From assembly GCA_964291625.2 (NCBI GenBank), contig OZ220089.1, forward strand, positions 3,968,001 through 4,032,000: a stretch of 64,000 bases of DNA, in the 5' to 3' direction. The stretch is from Candidatus Latescibacterota bacterium (GTDB taxonomy: Bacteria > Latescibacterota > UBA2968 > UBA8231). The notes under the pieces were generated by a model. That model was given only the letters and a program-made list of their open reading frames with translations, was not told where the DNA came from and did not search any database. Shown in pieces: positions 1-9,697 of this stretch. Each line of letters opens with the position of its first letter. The stretch's first letter is position 1. The translations under genes were made by a program, and so were the position numbers.

Positions 1-2
1 GG

Positions 3-1583
3 TACGCCTTCGTCACCTCCAGCTCGGCCGGCGAGGCGGCCCAGGAGTCGGACCAACTCCAGGCTTCCTTCTTCACCCACTACCTGGTCTCGGGGCTCCG
101 GGGCGCCGCCGATGGGGACGGCGACGGCCGCGTAACCCTCAACGAGGCGTATCGGTTCACCTTCAACGAGACGCGGGCCCGGACCACGGGGACCGCGGGC
201 GGCATCCAGCACCCGGCCTACGAGGTGGAGATGCGGGGCACCGGCGGCGTGGTGATGACCGACGTGCGCCGCAGGGCCGCCGGCCTGCTGCTCGACGAGG
301 ATCTGTCCGGCCGTCTCTATGTCCGCAACCCCGGGCAACGGATCGTGGCCGAGTTGAACAAGACCGCGGGGCGGGCCGTGGAGCTGGGTGTGGAGCCGGG
401 CTCCTACGCCCTGTACCTGCAACGGGGGAGCGCGGACTGGCACCTGGCAGAACGGGTCCTGGCCGAAGGTGAGTTCGCCGAGGTGAAGGCCGGCGACTTC
501 CAGCCCCTGACTCCGGAGCAGACGGGCCTGCGGGGCGGTTCGAGGCGGGGTCTCACGTTGGGGATGAACGAGGACCGCCAGATCCAGGTCGTCACGGGAG
601 AGGGGCATACCCTGACGATGGGCCTGCTGACCAATACCCAGGACGAGCCGTTCCGGGGCGTCCAGGTCGGCTGGCTGGTCAACCTGGCCCGCGAGCGCAC
701 CGGCAGCCAGGCGAGCTGGCTGGGCAACCTGGCCCTCAAGGAGGTCGATGGCTGGCAGTCGACGATCTGGGGGGTCAACTGGGCCGTGGGGGCTCTGCAG
801 GGAGGGCAGGCAGGGCCGATCAACATCGCCTCACAGGTGCGCGGCTGGCAGGTGGCGACAGGGAGCAACATGGCCGCCAGGATCCGGGGCGGCCAGCTCG
901 CAGGCGTGGCCAGTTTCGCCGGCGATGTCAGGGGCGTGCAGATCGGTTTCCTGAACATGGCGAGCCGGGTCCACGGGTGGCAGGTGGGCGCGATCAACAT
1001 CGCCGGCCGCATCGACGGCGGCCTGCCCATCGGGCTGATCAACTACTCCCACGACGGCACCCTCGGCTTCAGCACCTGGCGCGACGATCTCGGCTTCAAC
1101 CTGCTCACCGTCGCCTCGGGCGGGCGCTGGTATCACACCTCCTTCACCACCGGGGTTGCCCGGCCGGCCGGCCACGGCCACGGCCGCCAGCTCTGGGCCA
1201 TCGGCCCGGGGATCGGGGTGCGCAAGAGCGGGAGGAGGTTCTCCCTCGGCCTGGACCTGCACGCCTACCGCATCAGCCGCGACCTCGAAGAGGACTACGA
1301 CGCCCACATCGACTTCTGGCCGCCCTTCGAGGCGGATGTCAGCTGGGCTCGATCGACGACCGACAACAGCCTGTGGCGGGTCCGGCTCGAGACGGGGGTG
1401 GTCCTCGCCCAGGAGGCCCCTCTCTTCGGCCGTCCGTCGCTGTTCGCCGGGGTCTCACTGAACAGGTGGTCGACCGAGGGCCATCCCCGGCTGATCGAAT
1501 CGGGCAGCCGCTACGAGAAGGAACGGGAGGACGGGGTTTTCGTCTGGCCGGGGTACTTCATCGGCCTGCGCTACGGCCGTTAG
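3..1583 (+). CDS. Caspase-family (peptidase C14) protein with LA_2272-type G-x-Q-x-G-x-x-N repeats and probable C-terminal beta-barrel; 5' partial
   Basis: Frame is open from the window edge: YAFVTSSSAGEAAQESDQLQASFFTHYLVSGLRGAADGDGDGRVTLNEAYRF...QHP is a typical bacterial caspase C-terminal half; then GVQVGWLVN/GVQIGFLN/GWQVGAIN repeats; ends FIGLRYGR. Confidence 0.75.
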   Translation, partial: YAFVTSSSAGEAAQESDQLQASFFTHYLVSGLRGAADGDGDGRVTLNEAYRFTFNETRARTTGTAGGIQHPAYEVEMRGTGGVVMTDVRRRAAGLLLDEDLSGRLYVRNPGQRIVAELNKTAGRAVELGVEPGSYALYLQRGSADWHLAERVLAEGEFAEVKAGDFQPLTPEQTGLRGGSRRGLTLGMNEDRQIQVVTGEGHTLTMGLLTNTQDEPFRGVQVGWLVNLARERTGSQASWLGNLALKEVDGWQSTIWGVNWAVGALQGGQAGPINIASQVRGWQVATGSNMAARIRGGQLAGVASFAGDVRGVQIGFLNMASRVHGWQVGAINIAGRIDGGLPIGLINYSHDGTLGFSTWRDDLGFNLLTVASGGRWYHTSFTTGVARPAGHGHGRQLWAIGPGIGVRKSGRRFSLGLDLHAYRISRDLEEDYDAHIDFWPPFEADVSWARSTTDNSLWRVRLETGVVLAQEAPLFGRPSLFAGVSLNRWSTEGHPRLIESGSRYEKEREDGVFVWPGYFIGLRYGR

Positions 1584-1783
1584 GACCGGGTCCGAGCCGC
1601 CTGAAGCTCCTCCGGCGTCATCAGATTCTGACAGGTGCCTGCGTACCGGGTGAGCTCCGCCATGCGCCGGCGGCGGTTGAAGTCGGCGACCGCGAGGAGG
1701 ATGGCCTCGCCCCTGGTCTTCGCCTTCGTGAACCGGATGGCGTCCTTGAGCTCGCCATCGTCGATGTCGACTGCAATCCTCAT
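1580..1783 (-). CDS. vapB: VapB-family (DUF2191-like) antitoxin, orphan
   Basis: 67 aa MRIAVDIDDGELKDAIRFTKAKTRGEAILLAVADFNRRRRMAEL resembles RHH-type VapB; no PIN gene follows. Confidence 0.7.
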   Translation of the reverse strand: MRIAVDIDDGELKDAIRFTKAKTRGEAILLAVADFNRRRRMAELTRYAGTCQNLMTPEELQAARTRS

Positions 1784-1840
1784 AGCGCTAACTTAGCCAT
1801 TCACCCCACCGACTGAGCCCGCTCAAGCGATGAAGGGCCT

Positions 1841-4126
1841 GTGAAGAGTCCCCTCCCCGCCGTCCTGGCAACCCTCGCCGCCGCCCTCCTGCTCGCCCTC
1901 CCCGCCCACGGCCAGGGGCTCGGCGAGATCCGGGGGGAGATCCTCGACCGGGCCACTCAGCAGCCTCTGCCCGGCGCCGGCGTCCGCCTTCTCGGGACCG
2001 AGCGCGGCGCGATGGCCGACGGGCGGGGACGCTTCGCCCTTCCCGGGGTCCCGGCGGGGGTGCATCGCCTGCGGATCTCCATGATCGGGTACGCCGCCAT
2101 CGTGCGGACAGACGTCGTCGTACGTCCGCGCCGGGTCACCGATCTCGAGCTGGAGCTCGACGCCGAGGTGATGGACCTGGGCGAGACCGTGGTCGTGGCC
2201 GACTACTTCTCCGAGGCGGCCGACGAGCCGGTCAGCGGAGTGAGCTTCAGCTACGAGGAGGTGCGGCGCTCGCCGGGGTCCGCGGGAGACATCAGCCGCC
2301 TCCTGCAGGCCATGCCCTCGGTGAACATGAACACCGACACGCGCAACGACCTGATCGTCCGCGGCGGCAGCCCCGCGGAGAACCTGGTCCTCGTCGACCA
2401 CATCGAGGTCCCAAACATCAATCACTTCCCCACCCAGGGGGCCTCGGGCGGACCGATCGGCCTGTTGAACACCGATCTCATCGAGGACGCCGCCTTCTAC
2501 GCCGGGGGCTTCTCCGCCGCCTACGGGGACCGCCTGTCGTCGGTGACCGCGGTCGACCTGCGAGAGGGCAACCGCGAAGAGATCGACGGCGAGGCGCAGC
2601 TCGGCATGGCGGGGGCGGGCCTGCTGCTCGAGGGACCCCTCCCGGCGGGGCGTGGGTCGTGGATCGCGTCGGGGCGGCGCAGCTACCTCGACCTCATCGT
2701 CGACGCCATAGGCACCGGTTCCGTGCCGCGCTACAGCGACCTGCAGGGCAAGCTGAGCTGGTATCCGTCCTCGCGGCACCGATTCTCCCTGCTCGGCATC
2801 GCCGGTTTCAACGCCATCGACTTCGAGCCTGGCGACACCAGCACCGACGAGGACTTCATCGTCAACGAGACCGATCAGCTCGTCGCCGGCGCCGGCTGGC
2901 GGTGGCTGTGGAGCCGTCGCGGCTTCGCCCGCACCTCGCTGGCCTTCACCTGGGCCGACTACGGCACCGACGTCCTCGACGGCCAGACGCGCGACGAGCT
3001 GTTCCTCAACTCCTCGCAGGAACGCGCCATCCTGCTGCGCAGCGACGTCACGTGGTCGCCGGCCGGGGGCGGCGAGTGGCGCGGCGGGATCACGGCCCGC
3101 CGGGAGTTCAGCGACTTCTCCCTGTTCTCGGCGTCGCGCACGAACCGCGTCAACGAGGCGACGGCCGAGCTGCGCGTGAGCCGGGGGATGACCTCGAACA
3201 AGCTGGGGGCCTGGCTCGCCCATGACCGGCCCCTGCCGGGCGGCCTGACCGCGGGCGCGGGGGTGCGCTGGGGGTACTTCGATCACACCGGGGAGGCCGG
3301 CCTGTCGCCGCGGCTGTCCCTGAGCTGGCAGGTCGGCCCCCTCACCTCGCTCAGCGCCGCCTGGGGGTTGTACCGCCAGGACCTGCCTTCGTCACTGCTG
3401 GTCCAGCATCCCGACAACGCGAGGCTGGACAGTCCCCGGGCCTCCCACTACGTCCTCGGGCTGAAGCGGCGCCTGACGGAGAACACCCTGCTCACACTGG
3501 AGGGCTACCTCAAGCGCTACCGGGACCTGCCCTTCGACCCCGACGATCCCACGGTCTCGGTGGTCGACGCCTATGCCGACTTCGCCACGCCGGCGCCCGG
3601 GCGGCTGGTGGGCAGCGGCCGGGCCGAGTCCCGGGGCGCGGAGGCGATGATCCAGAAGAAGCTCGTCCACAAGCTCTACGGCACTGTGAGCTACGCCTAC
3701 GGCCGTTCCCGCTACACCGATCTCACGGGACGGGAGCGCAACCGCTCCTTCGACAACCGGCACCTGGCATCGGTCATCGTCGGCTACCGCCACGGCGAGA
3801 CCCTGGAGTACAGCCTGCGCTGGCGGTTCGCGGGAGGACGGCCCTACACCCCCTTCGACGAGGCCGAGTCGAGGCGCCAGGGGACCGGCATCGTGCAGCG
3901 CGAACGGATCAACGAGCTGCGTCTGCCGCCCTATCACCGCCTCGACCTGCGCATCGACCACCGGAGTCACTTCGAGCGCTTCAACCTGGTCTCCTTCTTC
4001 ACCGTTCTCAACGCCTATGACCGCGCCAACCTCTATCACTACTCCTGGATCAGCGGTGACAACCGGACGGGCCGCGTCTACCAGTGGAGCCGGCTCCCTG
4101 TAGGGGGCTTCGAGCTGGAGTTCTGA
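1841..4126 (+). CDS. TonB-dependent receptor
   Basis: Signal peptide, carboxypeptidase-regulatory-like N-domain, plug (LIVRGGSPAENLVLVD, GGFSAAYGDRLSSV), RLDLRID motif, C-terminal Phe. Confidence 0.92.
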   Translation: MKSPLPAVLATLAAALLLALPAHGQGLGEIRGEILDRATQQPLPGAGVRLLGTERGAMADGRGRFALPGVPAGVHRLRISMIGYAAIVRTDVVVRPRRVTDLELELDAEVMDLGETVVVADYFSEAADEPVSGVSFSYEEVRRSPGSAGDISRLLQAMPSVNMNTDTRNDLIVRGGSPAENLVLVDHIEVPNINHFPTQGASGGPIGLLNTDLIEDAAFYAGGFSAAYGDRLSSVTAVDLREGNREEIDGEAQLGMAGAGLLLEGPLPAGRGSWIASGRRSYLDLIVDAIGTGSVPRYSDLQGKLSWYPSSRHRFSLLGIAGFNAIDFEPGDTSTDEDFIVNETDQLVAGAGWRWLWSRRGFARTSLAFTWADYGTDVLDGQTRDELFLNSSQERAILLRSDVTWSPAGGGEWRGGITARREFSDFSLFSASRTNRVNEATAELRVSRGMTSNKLGAWLAHDRPLPGGLTAGAGVRWGYFDHTGEAGLSPRLSLSWQVGPLTSLSAAWGLYRQDLPSSLLVQHPDNARLDSPRASHYVLGLKRRLTENTLLTLEGYLKRYRDLPFDPDDPTVSVVDAYADFATPAPGRLVGSGRAESRGAEAMIQKKLVHKLYGTVSYAYGRSRYTDLTGRERNRSFDNRHLASVIVGYRHGETLEYSLRWRFAGGRPYTPFDEAESRRQGTGIVQRERINELRLPPYHRLDLRIDHRSHFERFNLVSFFTVLNAYDRANLYHYSWISGDNRTGRVYQWSRLPVGGFELEF

Positions 4127-4144
4127 GGCCGGACGGCCCCGTGG

Positions 4145-5050
4145 CTACGCGGAGGCGGCGAAGTCCGGGGCCGGATGGGCCAGCCGCGGCTCGGCGGCCA
4201 GGCGGCGGTACACCTCGACGCACGACGCCAGGGTCAGGCCCGCGCGATGCGCGTGGTCGAGCAGCAGGTCGATCTGTCCGGCGCCGCGGTCGATCCGGTG
4301 GATCGACCAGGGATGGAAGCAGGGGGAGTAGGTGAGCAGCCCCTCGTCGCGGGCATGCTCGATGCCGGGCGCGTAGGCCTCGTAGACCTCGCGGGCCGTG
4401 GAGGGCGTGCGCGCCGGGTAGCCCCAGGGCAGGGCCGGAGGCCACGCCGCTGCCGAGGGCTGGCCGGTGAGGATGTTGTCGTGCCAGGCGTGGGCGGAGA
4501 TCTCCAGCAGCTCCGGGAAGCCGTCGTCACCGAACCAGAAGGGCTGCGTCAGCGGCGCCGGCGCGAGGTTCCCCGGCTGCCAGCTCAGGGTGCGGACGTA
4601 GCGGTAGCCCGCCTCCCACAGCGCCTCCAGCAGCTTCGGCTCGCCCAGGAAGCCGCGGGCGGAGCCGCCCGGCGCCGTGAAGCCGATCACCTCGCGCCCG
4701 AAGAGATCCTCGATCAGCCGTTTGGAGTCGACCAGCTCGCGGCGCACCGCCGCCGGGTCGTCCCGGATGGCCAGCATGTTCGCGTGGGTGAAGCTGTGGG
4801 ACTGCAGGTCGAAGAGGTCGTGGTCGAGGACCTCCCGCAGCCGGGGCCCCGCGGCCTCGGCGAGCCGGGCGACGATGAAGAAGCTGGCCGGCGCCCGATG
4901 CCGCAGGTGGACCTCGGCGACGGCGCGCACGCCGGCGAGGCACTCGTCGAGGCGGGCGCCTTCGTAGCTCGCGGTCTGCTGGTAGCCGTCGGCGGGCTCC
5001 CACCAGGGATAGACGGCCTCGGTGTCGTAGGCGGCTACGTAGAAGGTCAT
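4145..5050 (-). CDS. Polysaccharide deacetylase family protein
   Basis: YDTE, ASFF, QSHSFTH, GFTAPGG and FHPW NodB-like motifs. Confidence 0.8.
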   Translation of the reverse strand: MTFYVAAYDTEAVYPWWEPADGYQQTASYEGARLDECLAGVRAVAEVHLRHRAPASFFIVARLAEAAGPRLREVLDHDLFDLQSHSFTHANMLAIRDDPAAVRRELVDSKRLIEDLFGREVIGFTAPGGSARGFLGEPKLLEALWEAGYRYVRTLSWQPGNLAPAPLTQPFWFGDDGFPELLEISAHAWHDNILTGQPSAAAWPPALPWGYPARTPSTAREVYEAYAPGIEHARDEGLLTYSPCFHPWSIHRIDRGAGQIDLLLDHAHRAGLTLASCVEVYRRLAAEPRLAHPAPDFAASA

Positions 5051-5139
5051 GGGGACGGACTCTACGGCGGCAATGCGGGGCCGGACAAGCCACGCTCCTG
5101 CAGAGGTGCGGGTCCCCGTGGGGCGCTATGTTCTCGGCC

Positions 5140-5940
5140 ATGACCGATACCAACACCACTTCCATCCAACAGCAATACCGCACAGACGGATTCTTCATCG
5201 CCGCGGACCCCATTCTTCCTCCCGGCATCGTCCAGGCCGCCGTCGCCGGCATGGACTCGGTGCGAGAGGGCCGCTACGACGCCGGTCAGCCGCCCCAGCC
5301 CTCGCGCTGGAACCCGGGCGATGATCCGAACGAGCTGTGCAAGATCGAGCTGCCCCAGCAGGCCGACCTCGGGATCCGCGCCCTCGTGAGCCATCCCGAC
5401 CTGGGCCGCTGGGCCGCCCGCGTCACCGGGGCCCGCATGGTGCAGGTCTGGTGGACGCAGCTGCTCTACAAGCCGCCCCAGCCCGCAGAAGGGGAAGCCG
5501 AGCTGAACATCGGTTGGCACCAGGACCGCCACTACTGGCGGGCGTGGGCGGAGAGCAGCGAGTTGTTCACCGCCTGGGTCGCCCTGAGCGACGTGACCGC
5601 CGAGGCCGGCCCCATGCGCTTCGTCCGCGGCTCCCACGGGTGGGGCCTGCTCGACGACGGCGGCTTCTACCGCCAGGACCTCGACGACCAGCGCGACGCC
5701 ATCCCGGTGCCCGACGGCCGGTCGTGGGAGGAAGTGCCCGCCCTGCTGCCGGCCGGCGGCGCCAGCTTCCACCACTGCCTCACCTTCCACGGCAGCGGAC
5801 CCAACCGCTCGGCCGGTCCCCGCCGCAGCCTGGCCATCCACATGCGCACCGAGCGCGCGGCCCCCGTGGACGGCCGCCGTGCTGGGCTCACCGCCTTCAT
5901 CGACGACCCGGAGCGGAACCCCGTCATCTACCGGGCCTGA
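5140..5940 (+). CDS. Phytanoyl-CoA dioxygenase (PhyH) family protein
   Basis: WHQD, TAWVALSD, GPMRFVRGSH, FHHCLTFHGSGPN..PRR. Confidence 0.92.
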   Translation: MTDTNTTSIQQQYRTDGFFIAADPILPPGIVQAAVAGMDSVREGRYDAGQPPQPSRWNPGDDPNELCKIELPQQADLGIRALVSHPDLGRWAARVTGARMVQVWWTQLLYKPPQPAEGEAELNIGWHQDRHYWRAWAESSELFTAWVALSDVTAEAGPMRFVRGSHGWGLLDDGGFYRQDLDDQRDAIPVPDGRSWEEVPALLPAGGASFHHCLTFHGSGPNRSAGPRRSLAIHMRTERAAPVDGRRAGLTAFIDDPERNPVIYRA

Positions 5941-5941
5941 G

Positions 5942-6919
5942 ATGTCAGGAAGAGAGTCTCCGGGCTTCTGGGTGCGCCTCGCCAGCGCCTGGCTCGACGC
6001 GCTGGCCTTCTCCCTCGGTTCCGCCGCTCTCCTTCTACTGCTCCTGCACTTCGGCGCCGGCCTGAGCACGGATGCGCTCCTGCAACTCTTCCTGTTCCTG
6101 TGGTTCCCGGCGAGCGTGGCCGCAGGCCTCACTGGCATAGCCTTTCTGAATGCCAGCGGACGACGGTCGCCGGGCAAGATCCTCTTCGGTCTGGCCGTCG
6201 TGGACCGGGATCTGCAGCCGGTCTCCCTTCCGCGCAGCCTGCTTCGCACGACCGTGAACTCCCTGCTGCTCGGGCTCTCCTTCCTGCTGGTACCGTTTGC
6301 CCGGGGAAGGGGAGGTCTGCACGACCTGGTCGCAGGCACCCGCGTCGTTCGCCTCAGACCTTCCATGCGAGGTGAGAGGCTCATCGCCCTGGCCGCCCTG
6401 GCGATCTCGGTCTGGATCGAGGTGGCCGTCTCCGAAGAACTGACCAGGCATTTCGAGAGGTTCCACCTGCCTTCGCGTTCCATGGAGCCGGCCCTGCTGC
6501 GGGGTGATCACATCACCACAGTCACGCGATGGGCCCGCCCCATCGAGCCCCGCCGCGGGGATGTCGTCGTCTTCGAGCATCCGAAGAAACCGGGGCGGAT
6601 GGTCGTCAAGCGCATCATGGGCCTGCCCGGAGAACGGATTTCCCTGCGCGACACCGTGCTCTACATCGACGGGGCTCCTCTGCGCGGTGATCGAGGTGTC
6701 TATCGGGGACCTCGACCTCCGATAGAGATCCGGGAGCCCTTCCAGATTCCTCCAGACCACTACTTCCTCCTCGGCGACAACCGCAACAACAGTGCGGACA
6801 GCCGCATCTATGGCCCGGTCCCGCACGCTTCCCTGCACGCCAAGGCGGGGATCGTCTACTTCTCCATCGCCGATAGACTCTTCGTCCACTGGGACCGCTT
6901 GGGCCACCTGGTCCGCTGA
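5942..6919 (+). CDS. lepB: RDD domain fused to signal peptidase I
   Basis: N-half GFWVRLASAWLD...SPGKILFGLAVV...GLHDLVAGTRVV (RDD); C-half PSRSMEPAL (Ser), VVKRIMGLPGE (Lys), GDNRNNSADSR; ATG 5942 follows the PhyH stop. Confidence 0.85.
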   Translation: MSGRESPGFWVRLASAWLDALAFSLGSAALLLLLLHFGAGLSTDALLQLFLFLWFPASVAAGLTGIAFLNASGRRSPGKILFGLAVVDRDLQPVSLPRSLLRTTVNSLLLGLSFLLVPFARGRGGLHDLVAGTRVVRLRPSMRGERLIALAALAISVWIEVAVSEELTRHFERFHLPSRSMEPALLRGDHITTVTRWARPIEPRRGDVVVFEHPKKPGRMVVKRIMGLPGERISLRDTVLYIDGAPLRGDRGVYRGPRPPIEIREPFQIPPDHYFLLGDNRNNSADSRIYGPVPHASLHAKAGIVYFSIADRLFVHWDRLGHLVR

Positions 6920-6937
6920 GTCCTCGCCGCTTCCGGA

Positions 6938-8494
6938 ATGACCAGCGCCCACCCCGAAACCCCCGCCGCCCCCGAGCCCCGGTCGCGCGGCCAACGCATC
7001 GGCCTGTGGCTCGGGCCGCTGCTCTTCGCCGTCACGCTGTTCCTCGACCTGGAGCCGGGCCAACCCGAGGTCACGCGCATGGCGGCGGTGGCCCTGCTCA
7101 TGGCCACCTGGTGGATCACCGACGCCATCCCGCTCTACGCCACGGCCCTGCTGCCGCTGATCCTCTATCCGCTCCTCGGCATCGAGCGGACCCGGGCCAC
7201 GGCGCCGGTCTACTTCAACAGCACCATCGTCCTCTTCCTGGGCGGCTTCATGATCGCCCTCACCATGGAGAAGTGGGACGTCCACCGGCGCATCGCCCTG
7301 TGGGTCATCCGCTCGGTGGGGGGAGGGCCGGCGCGGATCGTGCTCGGCTTCATGCTCGCCGCGGCCTTCCTCTCCATGTGGATCTCCAACACGGCGACGG
7401 CGATCATGATGCTTCCGGTGGGTCTCGCCGTGATCCTGCGGATGGAGGAACAGTTCGGCCGGGAGCGGACCCGCGCCTTCTCGGTGGCCGTCATGCTCGG
7501 CATCGCCTACGCCTGCTCGGCGGGGGGCATCGCCACCCTCGTGGGCACACCGCCGAACCTCTCCCTGGAGCGGATCTTCCAGATCACCTTCCCCGAGGCG
7601 CCGCCGATCTCCTTCGGCGTCTGGTTCGTCATGGCGGCGCCGATCTCGCTGATGGTGCTGGCCTGCGCCTGGGCGCTGATCACGCAGGTCTTCTTCCGCA
7701 TCCCGGGCGAGGTCGCCGTCGACCGCGAGGTCCTGGAGTCGGAGGCGCGCAAGCTCGGCCCTGTCGCCTTCGAGGAGCGGGTGATCCTCGCCGTCTTCGC
7801 CGCCACCGCCGTGCTCTGGGTCTTCCGCGCCCCCATCGAGATCGGGGGACTCACCATCCCCGGCTGGTCCGGCCTGCTGCCCTACGGCCACCTGATCGAC
7901 GACGGCACCGTGGCCATCGCCATGGCCGGGATCCTCTTCCTCGTGCCGGCCCGGTCTCCCGGCGCGCCGTCCCGCACGGTGATGGGTCCCGACGTGGTGC
8001 GCGGCCTGCCTTGGAACATCGTCCTCCTCTTCGGCGGCGGCTTCGCCCTCGCCCACGGCTTCCAGGTCACGGGCCTGGCCCGCTTCATCGGCGGCGGCTT
8101 CAGCGGTCTCGGTTCGGTGCCTCCCATCGTCCTCGTCCTCGTCATCTGCCTGTCCATCACCTTCCTCACCGAGCTCACCTCGAACACGGCCACCACCGAG
8201 ATGGTGCTGCCCATCTTCGCCGCCGTCGCCGTCTCCACGGGCCTGCACCCGCTGCTGCTGATGATCCCGGCGACGCTCTCGGCCTCGTGCGCCTTCATGA
8301 TGCCCGTGGCCACGCCCCCCAACGCCGTGGTCTTCGGCAGTGACCGCGTGAGGATCTCGGAGATGGCGCGGGTCGGCGTCGTCCTCAACATTCTCGGGGC
8401 CGTCATCATCACCCTGATCTTCAGCTTCATGGGCCCCCACCTGTTCGGGATCGAGGCCGGCGTGCTGCCGGACTGGGCCCGGCACGGCGGCTGA
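6938..8494 (+). CDS. DASS/SLC13 sodium:dicarboxylate/sulfate symporter
   Basis: SMWISNTAT, TLVGTPPN, TELTSNTAT, MMPVATPPNA; many TM helices. Confidence 0.93.
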   Translation: MTSAHPETPAAPEPRSRGQRIGLWLGPLLFAVTLFLDLEPGQPEVTRMAAVALLMATWWITDAIPLYATALLPLILYPLLGIERTRATAPVYFNSTIVLFLGGFMIALTMEKWDVHRRIALWVIRSVGGGPARIVLGFMLAAAFLSMWISNTATAIMMLPVGLAVILRMEEQFGRERTRAFSVAVMLGIAYACSAGGIATLVGTPPNLSLERIFQITFPEAPPISFGVWFVMAAPISLMVLACAWALITQVFFRIPGEVAVDREVLESEARKLGPVAFEERVILAVFAATAVLWVFRAPIEIGGLTIPGWSGLLPYGHLIDDGTVAIAMAGILFLVPARSPGAPSRTVMGPDVVRGLPWNIVLLFGGGFALAHGFQVTGLARFIGGGFSGLGSVPPIVLVLVICLSITFLTELTSNTATTEMVLPIFAAVAVSTGLHPLLLMIPATLSASCAFMMPVATPPNAVVFGSDRVRISEMARVGVVLNILGAVIITLIFSFMGPHLFGIEAGVLPDWARHGG

Positions 8495-8518
8495 GCCCGC
8501 GCGCCGAGGAGCGCAGCG

Positions 8519-9697
8519 ATGATCGAAGGACCCCGCGCCTGCAGACCCGAGGAGTTCGACGAGACCCTGGCCCTGATCAACGCCACCTTCCGGCCCGACT
8601 CGGACCAGGACATCCTCACCGACTACCCCCTGATCTTCAACGACCGCGGCCTCCGCTACATGCGCATCCTCAAGGCGGCGGGCCAGGTGGTGGCCCACGT
8701 CCCGGTGGCGCCGCGGAAGATCATCGCCGGCGACGACTCCTTCACCGCCGGCATCATCAGCCCCACCGTCACCCATCCCGACCACCGCCGGACGGGATAC
8801 GCCACCCGCTGCCTGCGCGACTGCGTGCGCATCATGAAGGAGAACGGGTGGCCCGTGTCGACCCTGTGGACCCTGGAGGCCACCTTCCCCTTCTACCACC
8901 ACTCCGGCTGGGAGGCGTTGGGCAACCAGGGGTGGATGTACTCCCTTGCCCCCGGTGACGAGGCGCTCTTCGAGCGGGGAGAGTTCGAGATCGTTCCCTT
9001 CGACCCGGGGCGGGACGAGCACCTCGATGCGGTCATCCGCTTCCACGACGCCGAGCCCTGGCGCGTCGCCCGCAACAGGGAGGAGTACGCCGCCCTGCTG
9101 ACGCTGCCGAAGATCGACACGCGGGTGGCCCTGGCCGGCAGCGAGGTGGCCGGCTACCTGTGCGTGGGGTCGGGAAGGAACAAGCCGGGCCTGAACGAGG
9201 CGGGGGGGAGCGCCGCGGCGGTGGAAGCCCTGGTGGCCGAGGCGGTGAGGAGCTGCGCGCCGGTGCAGGCGGTGACAAAGCTGAAGCCCACCGTGCTCGA
9301 CGACCTGCTCGCGGATCGGGTGGGATCGACGCGGCAGCCGGTGGCGCGGGCCTCCGGCGTCGGGTTCCAGATGATCCGCATCAACAGCCTCGACCTGCTG
9401 CTGAGAAGCATCGAGAGCCACCTGCGCTCGAGGGCCGCCGGCCTCTCCGGCGCGGTTACCCTGGAGTGCACGGATACCGGCGAGCTCGTGACAGTGGAGT
9501 TCCGCGGCGGGGAGGTCCGCTTCGTCGACGACGCTCCGGCCGAGGAGCGGGTGGCGCTGACGGAGCGGCAGATGGTGCAGCTGATCTTCGGTGGCCACCC
9601 CTTCTGCGAGCCATTGGACCTGCCCGCGAAAGCGGCCGACCTTCTGGACCGCGTGTTCCCCTTCTACTTCCCCATCTGGGAGCTGGACCGCTCATGA
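8519..9697 (+). CDS. GNAT acetyltransferase, Eis-like
   Basis: VTHPDHRRTGYAT acetyl-CoA motif, FPFYHHSGWE, SCP2-like C-terminus. Confidence 0.8.
   Translation: MIEGPRACRPEEFDETLALINATFRPDSDQDILTDYPLIFNDRGLRYMRILKAAGQVVAHVPVAPRKIIAGDDSFTAGIISPTVTHPDHRRTGYATRCLRDCVRIMKENGWPVSTLWTLEATFPFYHHSGWEALGNQGWMYSLAPGDEALFERGEFEIVPFDPGRDEHLDAVIRFHDAEPWRVARNREEYAALLTLPKIDTRVALAGSEVAGYLCVGSGRNKPGLNEAGGSAAAVEALVAEAVRSCAPVQAVTKLKPTVLDDLLADRVGSTRQPVARASGVGFQMIRINSLDLLLRSIESHLRSRAAGLSGAVTLECTDTGELVTVEFRGGEVRFVDDAPAEERVALTERQMVQLIFGGHPFCEPLDLPAKAADLLDRVFPFYFPIWELDRS
9590..9668 (+). repeat. Direct repeat copy 1 (3' end of GNAT gene)
   Basis: gcgagccattggacctgcccgcgaaagcggccgaccttctggacc matches 13646-13690 with few mismatches. 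Confidence 0.8.

Noticed and set aside
6035-9598. 1187-aa minus-strand ORF and other long antisense ORFs (22703-25330, 40385-43243, 47322-50063, 57811-61332)
   Set aside because: Shadow frames of GC-rich genes that have clear motifs on another strand or frame; no recognisable domains.
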